DNA of 64,000 nucleotides from Mobula hypostoma (lineage: Eukaryota). Positions 1 to 11,754 of the stretch are shown piece by piece. Location: positions 121,150,001 to 121,214,000 of the forward strand of contig NC_086097.1 in NCBI RefSeq assembly GCF_963921235.1, written 5' to 3'. Under the pieces are notes generated by a model. The model made no database searches, had not been told where the DNA came from, and saw only the letters and a program-made list of their open reading frames with translations. The first letter of the stretch is position 1; each line of letters begins with the position of its first letter. The translations under genes were made by a program, and so were the position numbers.

Positions 1-1780
1 TGCCATCAGGGTCCTTTTACCCCTGCGATTTCTCAGCTCAACCCATAAAGATTCTGCACCTTCTGATCCTATATCACTTCTTTCTAACGATTTAATATCA
101 TTTCTTCCCAATAAAGCTACGCCTCCCCCTCTGCCCACCTTCCTATCCTTCCGATACACCGTGTATCCTTGGACGTTCAGCTCCCAGAGACATGCATCCT
201 TTAGCCACGTCTCAGTGATGGCCACAATATCATACCTGCCAATCTGTAGCTGTACGACAAGATCATCCACCTTATTCCTTACGCTGCGTGCATTTGAGTA
301 TAACACCTTAAGACCAGTATTAGGTACTGTTCACTTTGATTTCACTGCAACTTCATTGCACTGCAACTCATCCCAATGGCTGCAAATTTGCCCCACCACC
401 TGCCTGTCTTTCCTGACATCTTTACTGCTCACTATCTTAGATTTAATTCTGTTTTCCCCTTCCTCTGCTCTATCATTCCGGTTCCCATCCCCCTGCCAAA
501 ATAGTTTAAACCCTCCCTAACAGCTCTATTAAACCTTCCCGCCTCCCAGAAGAGATCCCAATGATCCAGGAATCTGAAGCCCTGCCCCTGCACCAGTCTC
601 TCAGCCATGCATTCATCTGCCTGATCCTACCATTCTTGCCCTCGCTAGCACGTGGCACAGGTAGCAATCCCGAGATTACTGCCCTGGACGTCCTGCTTCT
701 CAGCTTCCTTCCTAACTCCTGGAAATCTCTCTTCAGGACTTCCTCCCTTGTCCTATCTATGTCATTGGTACCAACATGTACCAAGACAACTGGCTGCTCA
801 CCCTTCCCCTTCAGAACATTCAGGACCTGATCCGAGACATCCCGTACCTTGGCATCTGGGAGGCAACACACCATGCGGGTATCTCTATCAGGCTCACAGA
901 ATCTCCTGTTTGTTCCCCTGACTATGAAATCCCCTATAACTACCGCATTCCTCTTCTCCCTCCTTCACAACAGTGTCACGTTCAGTGCCAGAGACCCGGT
1001 CACCGTGGGTGTCCCCTGTCAGGTCATCCCCCTCAACAGCATCCAGAACAAGATACCTGTTGCTGAGCGGGACAGCCACAGGTGTGCTCTCCACTATCCG
1101 GGTAGTTTCCTTCTCTCTCCTGACAGTCACCTAATTTTCTGACCCCTGTAGCCTAGGGATGACTACCTGCCTGTTGCTCCTGTCTATCACCTCTTCCCAC
1201 CGATAATAATATACTTATTGTTGGTGGGAACAGCCACAGGGGTGCTCTGCTCATTGCGTCTATTCCCCTCCCCTCTCTTGACAGTCACCCAGCTACCTGT
1301 CTCCTGACTCTTAGGGGTGACTATCTCCCTGTAACTCCTCTCTATTTCTGCCTCTGCCTCCTGAATGATCCGAAGTTCATCCAGCTCCAGCTCCAGTTCC
1401 CTAACTCGGTTTGTCAGGAGCTGTAGCTGGATGCACCTTTCACAGGTGTAGTTATCAGAGACAATTGTGCTGGCCCTGACTTCCCACATACTGCAAACAG
1501 AGCACTTGACTGCCCTAACTGATGCCTCCATTACCTACTCCTAAGGTAATTAAATTAATTTAAGGAACTTACCTGGTCTTACCTCACTTGGAGTGAAGCC
1601 AGTCCTCAGCCTCTGCTCACTGAAGTCTCTCAAGCCAAAGCCTTCCTACTCTGTCTCCCTCTGCTCCATTGTCCACTACAATATCACCCACTCCGTTAAC
1701 CTGCTCGCTTTTTAAATCTCTCGCTGCCTCACGGTTCAACTTCCATGTGCTTGCGCAGTCGTGCCCCGTTCAACTGCCAA
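1..1780 (-). mobile_element. CR1-clade LINE, 5' portion: 5'UTR, disrupted ORF1 (Zn-finger, coiled coil, SGNH esterase) and start of ORF2 APE endonuclease
   Basis: ORF 1187-1531 has CSVCSMWE..CERC plus heptads. ORF 506-874 has the esterase motif VLVHVGTNDI. Minus strand below ~315 reads LKVLYSNARSVRNK..DIVAITETW (APE). Frameshifts, and a deletion near 540. Confidence 0.9.
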
Positions 1781-1831
1781 AGTTATTCTGCAGAATCTCA
1801 TGTTTAACATTACAATCATATTTATTGTTTT

Positions 1832-2050
1832 ATAGATAGATAGATATACTTTATTAATCCCAAGGGAAATTTGGTTTCGTTACAGCCGCACCAACCAAGA
1901 ATAGAGCGTAAATATAGCAATACAAAAAACCCCAACAATCAAACAACAAAATACAAACTATGCCAGATGGAAAGTAAGTCCAGGACCAGTCTATTGGCTC
2001 AGGGTGTCTGACCCTCCACGGGAGTAGCTGCACGTTCGATGACTACAGGA
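1832..2050 (-). mobile_element. Rex1/Babar LINE 3' end fragment
   Basis: Reverse-complement similarity to the 3' end of the Rex copy at ~4580-4775; (TAGA)n tail on + strand. Confidence 0.7.
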
Positions 2051-2319
2051 TAACCTACAAGTTTCTATCAGACTTTGACCCCCCAATGAACAATCTGCTG
2101 TATCCTGGAACTGGTTACAAGCCAAGCTTCCTTTTATAAGAGAGCTGTGAAGAAAGGAGCTACATCATTTCAGCAGAAACAGATAAGCAATTAAGTTATG
2201 CTACATTTTAACTCCACAATTAATCTTGATAATCTACTTTCCGCCATGGGTTAAACTTTCAACCATCTCAGAAAGCAACTGATTTCAGTTCTGCTAAAAG
2301 ATGGCTCGTATGTGCATGA

Positions 2320-3330
2320 GTAACACACACAAAATGCCGGAGGAACTCAGCAGGTCAAACACCATCTATGGAGAGGAATAAACAGTCGACATTTTGGGCC
2401 AAAACCAAGACCCTTCATAAGAGGTTGGGGGGAGGGGGAGGAATGAGTACAAGCTGAAGGTGATAGGGGCAAAGGTAGGTGGGTGGAGGAGGGGAATGAA
2501 GTGAGAATCCAAGAGGTGCTGGATGGAAAAGGTAAAGGGCTCAAGCAGAAGAATCTGATAAACGAGATAGACCATAGACCATGGAAGAGAGGGAAGGAGC
2601 AGGTGATCAGTAGGTGAGGATGAGGAGTAAAGCCTGGTTTATACTTTTGCGTCAACACGTCGCCGTAAGGTCTCCGTCACCGCAAACCCTATGCAAAGCC
2701 GACGCGGAACCCTACGCGAGAGCCTGCGTTGCTGCGACATGCACCTCTCCCAAAATGTAACCGCGCGTCGCTGCAACGCAGAATGCAACAGCTGTGATTG
2801 GTCCGCTTGGTAACATCGCATTTCATCCTACACTGCAATAGTTTCCCATTGGGCGATTGAAGGGCAGGGAAGGAACTCTGGCTGCAATGCTTTCCATTAA
2901 GCTTTACAGACCTCCGAAATTATGGAGGACACATTTGCTTTTACGAAAAAAGACGCTCGCTTCTTGTTTACCCCAAGAAAGACTACCATGACCATGAAGC
3001 CTTGCGCGGGCAGGTGAGTGCACATGTGTGACGTGCGCAAATTGCAGAGCAGTGCAGACACACCAATGCACAAGTATAAATGCTCACAACGCGCGTAAGT
3101 CACTTGCGTAGGTTACGGCGTCCAGTTAACGCAGAAGCAGGCTTAAGAGGGCCTTATCGGGGAATGAGGAATCAAAAAACAGAAGAGGAAAGAGGGAAAA
3201 ATTACCGGAAGCTAGAGAAATTGATGCTCATGCCATCAGACTGAAGTCCACCCAGAAAGAATGAAAGGTGTTGTTCCTCCAGGCCGAGGATGACCAACTT
3301 TTTCAACAACTGCAGAATCTCATGTTTATG
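2320..3330 (-). mobile_element. Old Penelope-like 3' fragment, split by a Harbinger MITE
   Basis: Similar to the reverse complement of ~13400-13865; degenerate hammerhead region at ~2383-2422; short + strand tail remnant near 3310-3330. Confidence 0.75.
2631..3143. mobile_element. PIF/Harbinger-type non-autonomous DNA transposon (MITE)
   Basis: Termini AGCCTG..CTTTTGCGTCAAC / GTTAACGCAGAAG..CAGGCT; TAA at 2628-2630 and 3144-3146 (3-bp TSD); CpG-rich interior. Confidence 0.75.
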
Positions 3331-3665
3331 ATTTTCCAGTTAAGACATAGCCCACTGCACTGCATATTCAAGTGCAACTTATGGTCAAACAATATCTTTT
3401 TCACACAATTTACAAGTGTCCAGCATTACAAATTTAAACAAAGGAATTAGCTATAATTTTGTAAGCTTGCTGTCAACTTGCTCTCTGCAATAATGCTTTT
3501 GGAAAAACAAAATGTGCAGAAGAGATTAGAGAAACAAATGTCTCAAACTTCTTCCATGATTTAACGCTTAAATTCTGTGCTAATTATGGCATGTGATAAA
3601 GAAACAGGCTTTTAAACATCCATCCCACCTTTTCAGAATAAAAACTAGCTGCAAGCCAATTCAAT

Positions 3666-4778
3666 ATGTTTTTTGACTTCTCCAGTGCGTTCAACACAAT
3701 CCACCCTGCTCTCCTGGGGGAGAAGCTGACAGCGATGCAGGTGGATGCTTCCCTGGTATCATGGATTCTTGATTACCTGACTGGCAGACCACAGTACGTG
3801 TGCTTGCAACACTGTGTGCCCGACAGAGTGATCAGCAGCACTGGGGCTCCACAGGGGACTGTCTTGTCTCCTTTTCTCTTCACCATTTACACCTCGGACT
3901 TCAACTACTGCACAGAGTCTTGTCATCTTCAGAAGTTTTCGGATGACTCTGCCATAGTTGGATGCATCAGCAAGGGAGATGAGGTTGAGTACAGGGCTAC
4001 GGCAGGAAACTTTGTCACATGGTGTGAGCAGAATTATCTGCAGCTTAATGTGTAAAAGACTAAGGAGCTGTTGGTAGACCTGAGGAGAGCTAAGGTACCG
4101 GTGACCCCTGTTTCCATCCAGGGGGTCAGAGTGGACATGGTGGAGGATTACAAATACTTGGGGATACGAATTGGCAATAAACTGGACTGGTCTAAGAACA
4201 CTGAGACCGTCTCCAAGAAGGGTCAGAGGCGTCTCTATTCCCTGAGGAGACTGAGGTCCTTTAACATCTGCCGGATGATGCTGAGGATGTTCTACGAGTC
4301 TGTGGTGGCCAGTGCCATCATGTTTGCTGTTGTGTGCTGGGGCAGCAGGCTGAGGGTAGCAGACACCAACAGAATCAACAAACTCATTCGTAAGGCCAGT
4401 GATGTTGTAGGGATGGAACTGGACTCTCTCACGGTGGTGTCTGAAAAGAGGATGCTGTCTTAAGTTGCATGGCATCTTGGACAATGTCTCCCATCCACTA
4501 CATAATGTACTGGGTGGGCAGAGGAGTACATTCAGCCAGAAACTCATTCCTCCGAGATGCAGCACAGAGCATCATTCCTGCCTGTGGCCATCAAACTTTA
4601 CAATTCCTCCCTTGGAGGGTCAGACACCCTGAGCCGATAGGCTGGTCCTGGACTTATTTCATAATTTACTGGCATAATTTACATATTACTATTTAACTAT
4701 TTATGGTTCTATTACTATTTATTATTTATGGTGCAACTGTAACGAAAACCAATTTCCCCCGGGATCAATAAAGTATAC
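3666..4778 (+). mobile_element. Rex1/Babar LINE, 5'-truncated RT and 3'UTR
   Basis: ORFs 3666-4055 (FFDFSSAFNTI, GAPQGTVLSP, KFSDD) and 4071-4463 (YKYLG); AATAAA near 4766. Confidence 0.92.
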
Positions 4779-5271
4779 TATGAAAATAATTCTCGCCTTT
4801 TCAAAAATGTAAATTACATAGCTTAGGTCGCAAGATATCCCAGATGACATTCTGGAAGCTCTTTTACATGCAAGCTTTTCTGGAAGAAAATAATGTATGT
4901 ACAACTTCAACAGGAACGTGAACTAGGACACAACCACTGTCAAATCACTGCAGGATATCGCCAGTTCCTTACACTCCTCTATAAACAACATTCCTGATGC
5001 AAGCACTCACAATTTCTAAACTTTATTCAATTATTATTTCAAAACTGATGCATTAATTGCAACATTCTATGTTTGGGGAAGCTTGAAATTTGAATATTTC
5101 AATCCCTCTTTTTAAAAAACACGAGAGACTTTACAAATTAGTTATTAGACAAAATAATCCCAGATTATGGAGGCTTTTGGACTAATTTGATCATTAAATC
5201 ATTATCCAAAAATCAACAACAAATTTGTGACATCCAAGGCTGTTGCTGCAGCATGGTTCCTGGAAGTTTAA

Positions 5272-7770
5272 TACATATTTCCCCCCCAGGCGGACGTGGA
5301 GCGTGCTTTGAACATACTGTATGCCAACATCAGTGAACTTGAGACCAGGTATCCGGAGGCTTTGCTCATTACAGAAGGGGACTTTAACCAGGCCAACCTC
5401 AGAAAGGCGCTGCCAAAGTTATACCAACATGTCTCCTACCCCACTAGAGGCCCGAATATACTTGACCACAGCTACACAGCAGTCAAGGATGCCTACCGTT
5501 CCGTCCCACGACCTCACTTCAGAAAATCCGACCATCAGGCCATATTCCTCCTCCCGGCTTACAAACAGAAACTGAAGGAGGAGGTAATGGCGTCAAAAGT
5601 GGTGTCGCATTGGACGGAGGAAACAGATGAAGTCCTCTGTGACTGCTTTGAATCGGTGGACTAGTTAGTATTCAAGGACTCTGCAGCTAACCTTGATGAG
5701 TATGCCTCAGCTGTCATGGACTTTATTTGGAAATGCACGGAGGGCTGTGTGTCTCGCAAGATGATCCAGATATTCCTTAACCGGAAACCTTGGATGAATT
5801 ATGAGGTCAAGTCCCTTTTAAAGGCTAGAGCTGCAGGTTTTAGGTCCGGGGATACCAGTCGCTACACGGAATCCAGGCGTGAACTCCGAAAAGCCATTAA
5901 GGGCGCCAAGAGTCAATATCGAGCCAAGTTGGAAGCCCAGGCTAACCAAAGGGATGCCAGTAGACTATGGCAGGGTCTAAATGAGATCACTGGGCGCTAA
6001 GAAAAGGCTGGGAATATCAATAACTGTGGTGCTTCTCTCCCTGACGAACTTAACGTATTCTACGCAAGATTTGAACAGAAGAGGAGCGTCCAGCTCCTTC
6101 CGGATGAACCGGACCTGGTGGCATCGAGATTCATCATCACCGAGGAGGATGTTAGAAGGGCCTTCCTGAAGATAAATCCAAGGAAGGCGACGGGCCCAGA
6201 TGGCGTCCCAGGACGGGGTCTCCGGGCCTGTGCTAGCTAGCTAGCTGGAGTGTTTGCTGACATCTTCAACTGCTCCTTGCTTCAGTCTAAGATCCCCTCA
6301 TGTTTGAAGAAGGCAATGATAATTCCAGTGCCAAAGAAGAGCAAGGTGGCATGCCTGAATGACTATCGACCTGTGGCTGTGACATCAATTGCTATAATGT
6401 GCTTCGAGAGATTGGTTATGGCACACATCAACAACAGCCTACCGGTCAACCTTGACGCTTTGCAATTCGCCTACTGGAGCAACAGGTCAACGGCAAAATT
6501 GATTTTTTAACATTCCTCCTTAGAACACCTGGAGAATAAAGACACATATATAAGGCTCCTTTTCATTGACTACAGCTCTGCCTTTAATACCATCATTCCA
6601 AATAAATTGATTCCTAAGCTCCGGAACCTGGGCCTTAGCACTCAGATCTGCAGCTAGATCTTCTACTTCCTCACAGACAGGACCCAGGCTGTAAAAATAG
6701 AGGACAAGCTCTCCTCTACAATCATTCTGAGCACTGGTGCCCCACAAGGCTGTGTACTCAGCCCCCTGCTGTACTCACTGTACACCCATGATTGTGTAGC
6801 CAAGTTTCTAAGTTTCCATCAAACTCAATATACAAGTTTGCTGATGACACAACAATTGTAGGCCGTATCTCAGGTAATGATGAGTTTGAGTACAGAGAGG
6901 AAATTAAGAACCCCGGCATGGTGTGAAGACAATAACCTCTCTCTCAATGTCAGCAAGACGAAGGAATTGGTTGTTGACTTCAGAAGGAGTAGCAGACCGC
7001 ACGACCCAATTTACATCAGTGGTGCGCAAGTGGAATAGGTCAAAAGCTTTAAGTTCCTCGGGGTCAATATCACAAATGACCTGACTTGGTCCAACCAAGC
7101 AGAGTTCACTGCCAAGAAGGCCCACCAGTGCCTTTACTTCCTGAGAAAACTGAAGACATTTGGCCTGTTCCCTAAAACCATCACTAATTTTTATAGATGC
7201 ACCGTAGAAAGCATTCTTCTAGGGTGCATCACAACCTGGTATGGAAGTTGTCCTGTCTAAGACCGAAAGAAGCTGCAGAAGATCGTGAACACAGCCCAGC
7301 ACATCACACAAGCCAATCTTCCATCCGCGGACTCACTTTACACCGCACGCTGTCAGGGCAGTGCTGTCAGGATACTCAAGGACACGACCCACCCAGCCAA
7401 CACAGGTTTCGTCCCTCTTCCCTCCCGGAGAAGGCTTAGGAGCTTGAAGACTCATACGGCCAGATTTGGGAACAGCTTCTTTCCAACTGTGATAAGACTG
7501 CTGAACGGATCCTGACCCAGATCTGGGCCGTATCCTCCAAATATCCGGACCTGCCTCTCGGTTTTTTTTGCACTACTTTACTTCCCATTGTTCTATTTTC
7601 TATTTATGATTTATAATTTAAATTTTTAATATTTACTAATTGTAACTATTTTAAATATTTTTAATATTTAATATTTGTAATCCAGGGAGTGGGAAGCGCA
7701 GAATCAGATATCGCTGTGATGATTGTACGTTCTAGTACCAATTGTTTGGCGACAATAAAGTACAAAGTAT
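5272..7770 (+). mobile_element. Rex1/Babar LINE, long disrupted ORF2 (APE C-terminus and RT)
   Basis: GDFNQAN, ILDH, SDH (APE); KPWM, GPDG, NDYRPVA, GAPQGCVLSP, KFADD, FKFLG (RT); several stops; ends AATAAAGTACAAAGTA. Confidence 0.95.
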
Positions 7771-8139
7771 TTGGCCTAAATGATATTGAAACTATCACAA
7801 ACAAGAACCAGCAAACAGTGTCAGTAACCACAATGTCCAGATTGTCAACATTTGGTTAGTTTAAAATTCACTGATATTTGCTGTGATTCAACAGGCCTCT
7901 ACTGGATGCACTTTTATAAACATTCTCTATTGCAATCCGAAAAGGACACAACAGCAGATGTCGTTTAGGATATTCATACAGCAGTTCCCTGAAATATTAT
8001 CCAGAAAATCCTATGCTTAATTAGTTGTATAAACAAATAATAATTACTGCAAACTACCTAAGAGCTAAATGAAAAAAATAGCAAATGTAAGTTCCCAACA
8101 TAAATACTTAAAAAAAAAATTTTTAAACATTGCGCTTGT

Positions 8140-8632
8140 AAGACAGAAAACAAACTAGTGCAGCACAGTACGTGCCCTTTGGCCATGATGCTGTGTGACC
8201 TTTAAACCCATTCCACAATCAATCTAACCCAACATAGCCCATAACCCTCCAATTTACTTTTATCTGGATGTCATCTAAGAGCCTCTTAACGATCCCTAAT
8301 GTATCTACCTCTACCACCACCCTTGGCAGTGCATTACAGGTCACCACTCTCTGTGTAAATAAAAACATCCTCCCCCAAACCTTCCTCCACTCACATTAAA
8401 AGGATATCTTCTAGTTTCAGCTATTGTATCCTCGGGAAAAAAGCTACTGACCGTCCTCTCCATGATGCTTCTTATAATCTCTATCAAGTCGTCTCTCATC
8501 CTTCTTCATTCCAAACAGAAAAGTTACAGCTCATTCAACACCTCTTCATAAGACATGCTCTCTAATCAAGCAACTAGAACTGAACAGAATATTCCAAGTG
8601 TGGCCTAATATAGAGGGTTTTATAGAGCTGCA
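8140..8632 (-). mobile_element. Old CR1 3' fragment; resumes at ~13913-14060 after nested insertions
   Basis: Reverse-complement similarity to the CR1 RT C-terminus and 3'UTR at ~24620-25290; interrupted at TATAGAGCTGCA. Confidence 0.7.
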
Positions 8633-10066
8633 TGTTTCCTTAAAGTTGTTATAGCTGTACGCCCTACCTATAGCTCCCCCTACCTATTAAAAGCTCCGAA
8701 TGGCACGCAATTCAAACAGCCTCTGACAACTAGGTCTAACACCTGGCCTTCACGGATGGCTTAGCAAACCTACTAAGCCCAGCAGAACTGTTTCTACTGA
8801 CAGAAGAGGCAAAGGTGGAATACTGGTGCCTTAAAACCAGTTCCTTCAGGCAGATGTGGCTTGTCAGCTGTGGTTGGCAGCTCATCTAGAAGAAAAACTC
8901 TGATCTCAAACCTCCGCTGCCTTGTGGCTATACCCACTCGTGGGGAAGGCTTCAGGAGTGAACCATCAGGGACAAGTCAGTGATGCTGCTAGTGCCGAAC
9001 TGTATCGGTCTCTGCCGTTCCTTTGGATTCATCATATGAGTGGAGAAGGGCAGCTTGCGACATATGCAACAGCTCGCTCTCCATATTGTACTACCCTGGC
9101 TCGGGTATCTAGACAGTGTTACGTACCCCGTAACTGGGTTGCCAAACTAGCAGAAATGGATCACTCAGTTGGAGTCTGGATTACTAGAACTAAGAAAGTT
9201 TTATTAAAGAAACAAGCAACACAGTACTCTAATCAAAAGGATAATAAATGCAACAGTTCAGCAATGATAAACACACATGTACACAGAATTAGGATAACAG
9301 GATCAATCAAGCTCTATCGTCGTCTAGGGGTAAATGACCAGTTTCAAAGTGACGCAAAATTCAGTTCAATTGAATTCAGTTCAGTTCGCAGTAATCACTG
9401 CCGTGGGAGATGGACAGTGGGGGGGAAGGAGAGAGAGCGCAAAACAAATGAACATTCAAACGGCTTCCACACAGACCTTCGATATTCTTCGCAGTCAGCT
9501 TTCGGGCGAGCCCTTTGTGATGTCTTCTGAGGTCACCGACCGTGACCCCTCCGTTTCCAGATACGATCATTTCTCTGCGGTGAACCTGGCACCCAGGCAA
9601 GGGCGGACACACACAGGTTCCCGCCGATCGTGCCTTTCCACCCTGTGCGTCTATGGCTTAGTCCCGCAACCAGCCTTCCAAAACTTCCCACCGACTTGTG
9701 GGAGACGCACCGCTTCCAGGGTCTCGTTTCCTCGGGATGTTGTGTGTGCCTTGCCTTAGCGAACCTGTCCCTTTTTATCCCCCTGCTGGGGTATCGCCTG
9801 TCCATCACTTCAAACAGTTCAGGGTTCAAAGGGGAAGCCGATCTTGACAGCTCTCCTTCCGTTACTCTCTCCCGTCCCTTCATTAACATCTCCAAATGCT
9901 GCTCCATTGTTTTCCTTATCTCTCTCTCTCCTGAAGACAGGTGGCAGACCAACTGCTAATCCCACTGGTGCCAGCACAGGACAGCTAACATCTCAATCTG
10001 TGTGTATTCTCGTCACAACAGCTAGGATACAATAGCCATGGTCAACCCTGACCAATTTAGCCCTCA
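8633..10066 (+). mobile_element. Non-coding interspersed repeat (SINE-like, possibly derived from an RTE 5'UTR), split by a solo LTR
   Basis: Second copy at ~50600-51185; flanked by TATAGAGCTGCA at 8621-8632 and 10067-10078. Confidence 0.7.
9117..10017 (-). mobile_element. Solo LTR, 901 bp, 4-bp TSD (Gypsy- or ERV-type)
   Basis: TGTTACG...CGTCACA termini; ACAG at 9113-9116 and 10018-10021; minus-strand GATAAAAA (9772-9779) and AATAAA (9200-9205). Confidence 0.85.
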
Positions 10067-10119
10067 TATAGAGCTGCAAATGAACGCAGCAGGCCAGGCA
10101 GCATCTGTAGGAAGAGGTG

Positions 10120-10161
10120 CAGTCGACGTTTCAGGCCGAGACCCTTCGTCAGGACTAACTG
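10120..10161 (-). ncRNA. Minimal type I hammerhead ribozyme, intact core
   Basis: Minus strand CAGUUAGUC-CUGACGA-AGGGUCUCGGCCU-GAAAC-GUC-GACUG: CUGANGA and GAAA core, stem II, palindromic ACGU stem III, GUC cleavage triplet, stem I. Confidence 0.85.
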
Positions 10162-11754
10162 AAGGAAGAGTGAGTAAGGGATTTGAAAGTTGGAGGGGGA
10201 GGGGGAGATCCAAAATGATAGGAGAAGACAGGAGGGGGAGGGATGGAGCCAAGAGCTGGACAGGTGATAGGCAAAAGGGGATACGAGAGGATCATGGGAC
10301 AGGAGGTCCGGGAAGAAAGACAAAGGGAGGGGACCCAGAGGATGGGCAAGAGGTATATTCAGAGGGACAGAGGGAGAAAAAGGAAAGTGAGAGAAAGAAT
10401 GGGTGCATAAAAATAAGTAACAGATGGGGTACGAGGGGGAGGTGGGGCATTAGCGGAAGTTAGAGAAGTCGATGTTCATGCCATCAGTTTGGAGGCTACC
10501 CAGACGGAATATAAGGTGTTGTTCCTCCAACCTGAGTGTGGCTTCATCTTTACAGTAGAGGAGGCAGTGGATAGACATGTCAGAATGGGAATGGGATGGG
10601 GAATTGAAATGTGTGGCCACTGGGAGATCCTGCTTTCTCTGGCGGACAGAGCGTAGATGTTCAGCAAAGCAGTCTCCCAGTCTGCGTCGGGTCTCGCCAA
10701 TATATAAAAGGCCACATTGGGAGCACCGGACGCAGTATATCACCCCAGTCGACTCACAGGTGAAGTGTTGCCTCACCTGAAGGACTGTTTGGGGCCCTGC
10801 ATGGTGGTAAGGGAGTAAGTGTAAGGGCATGTGTAGCACTTGTTCCGCTTACACGGATAAGTGCCAGGAGGGAGATCAGTGCCCTGAGGTGTTGGAGCCG
10901 GCGAGATCAATGGCAGGAGCCGCAATCTGAAGTTCATGCCTGCTAGTTTCAGGGCCAGCAGGCTCTGGAGTCCGTAGATGTAGGCCGGCTCCAACACCTC
11001 AGGGCATATTCAAAACCCGGACTCCAGCAACGACCATGGCCACCTTCACAGCGATTGCGCAACCACCAACTGCAACTCCAGCCTTGAACTCCAGGCCGGG
11101 TCTTTATGTGCTGCTGTTGTGACTCCCGTCTCCCCTTCCCCCACCACCACTCCACAGCCCCGTCTTCCTCAGATCCCACTGTCAACTCCTGGGCCCTCAG
11201 AGGCTCCATCTTCCTCTCACCCCAACCCTCCCCTCTCCATTGACACCCCCAGCCTCCCCCCTCCGATCCCAGCTCTCATCCGTGCCGGGTCTTTACCATC
11301 CCCTCTGACTTTCAACTGTCGGAGGCAGAACGCTCTGTTCTCAGTAAGGGCCTCACGTTTGTCCCCCTTCACCCACACCTCAGCGAGTTCCGTGTTTGCC
11401 ACGATGCGGAACTTTTCTTCCGCCGTCTCCGTCTCCGAACCTACTACTTCGACAAGGACTCTTCCACCCCCACCGATGATCCCTTCTCCCGTCTTCAACC
11501 CTCCTCTTCTTCATGGACACCCCGCTCTGGTCTTCTGCCTGCTCTGGATCTCTTTATCGCTAACTGCCGACGGGACATCAACCGTCTCGACTTCACCGCA
11601 CCTTGTCCCCATTCCAACCTCACTCCTTCGGAACGCTCTGCTCTCCACTCCCTCCGCACTAATCCTAACCCCATTATTAAACCCGCCGATGAGGGGGTCT
11701 GCTGTTGTAGTCTGGCGTACTGACCTCTACCTTGCCGAGGCACAGTGACAACTC

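Noticed and set aside
3759..4565. 268-aa minus-strand ORF, and similar ones at 24104-24508 and 61546-61950
   Set aside because: Antisense shadows of LINE RT coding sequence.
8922..9530. 202-aa ORF
   Set aside because: Crosses the repeat/solo-LTR junction at 9117; chance frame.
11746..11748. In-frame TGA just upstream of the PLE ORF as a selenocysteine codon (known in Naiad PLEs)
   Set aside because: Context AQ*QL is not a Cys position; CGA>TGA CpG decay is simpler, and a frameshift lies ~50 nt upstream.
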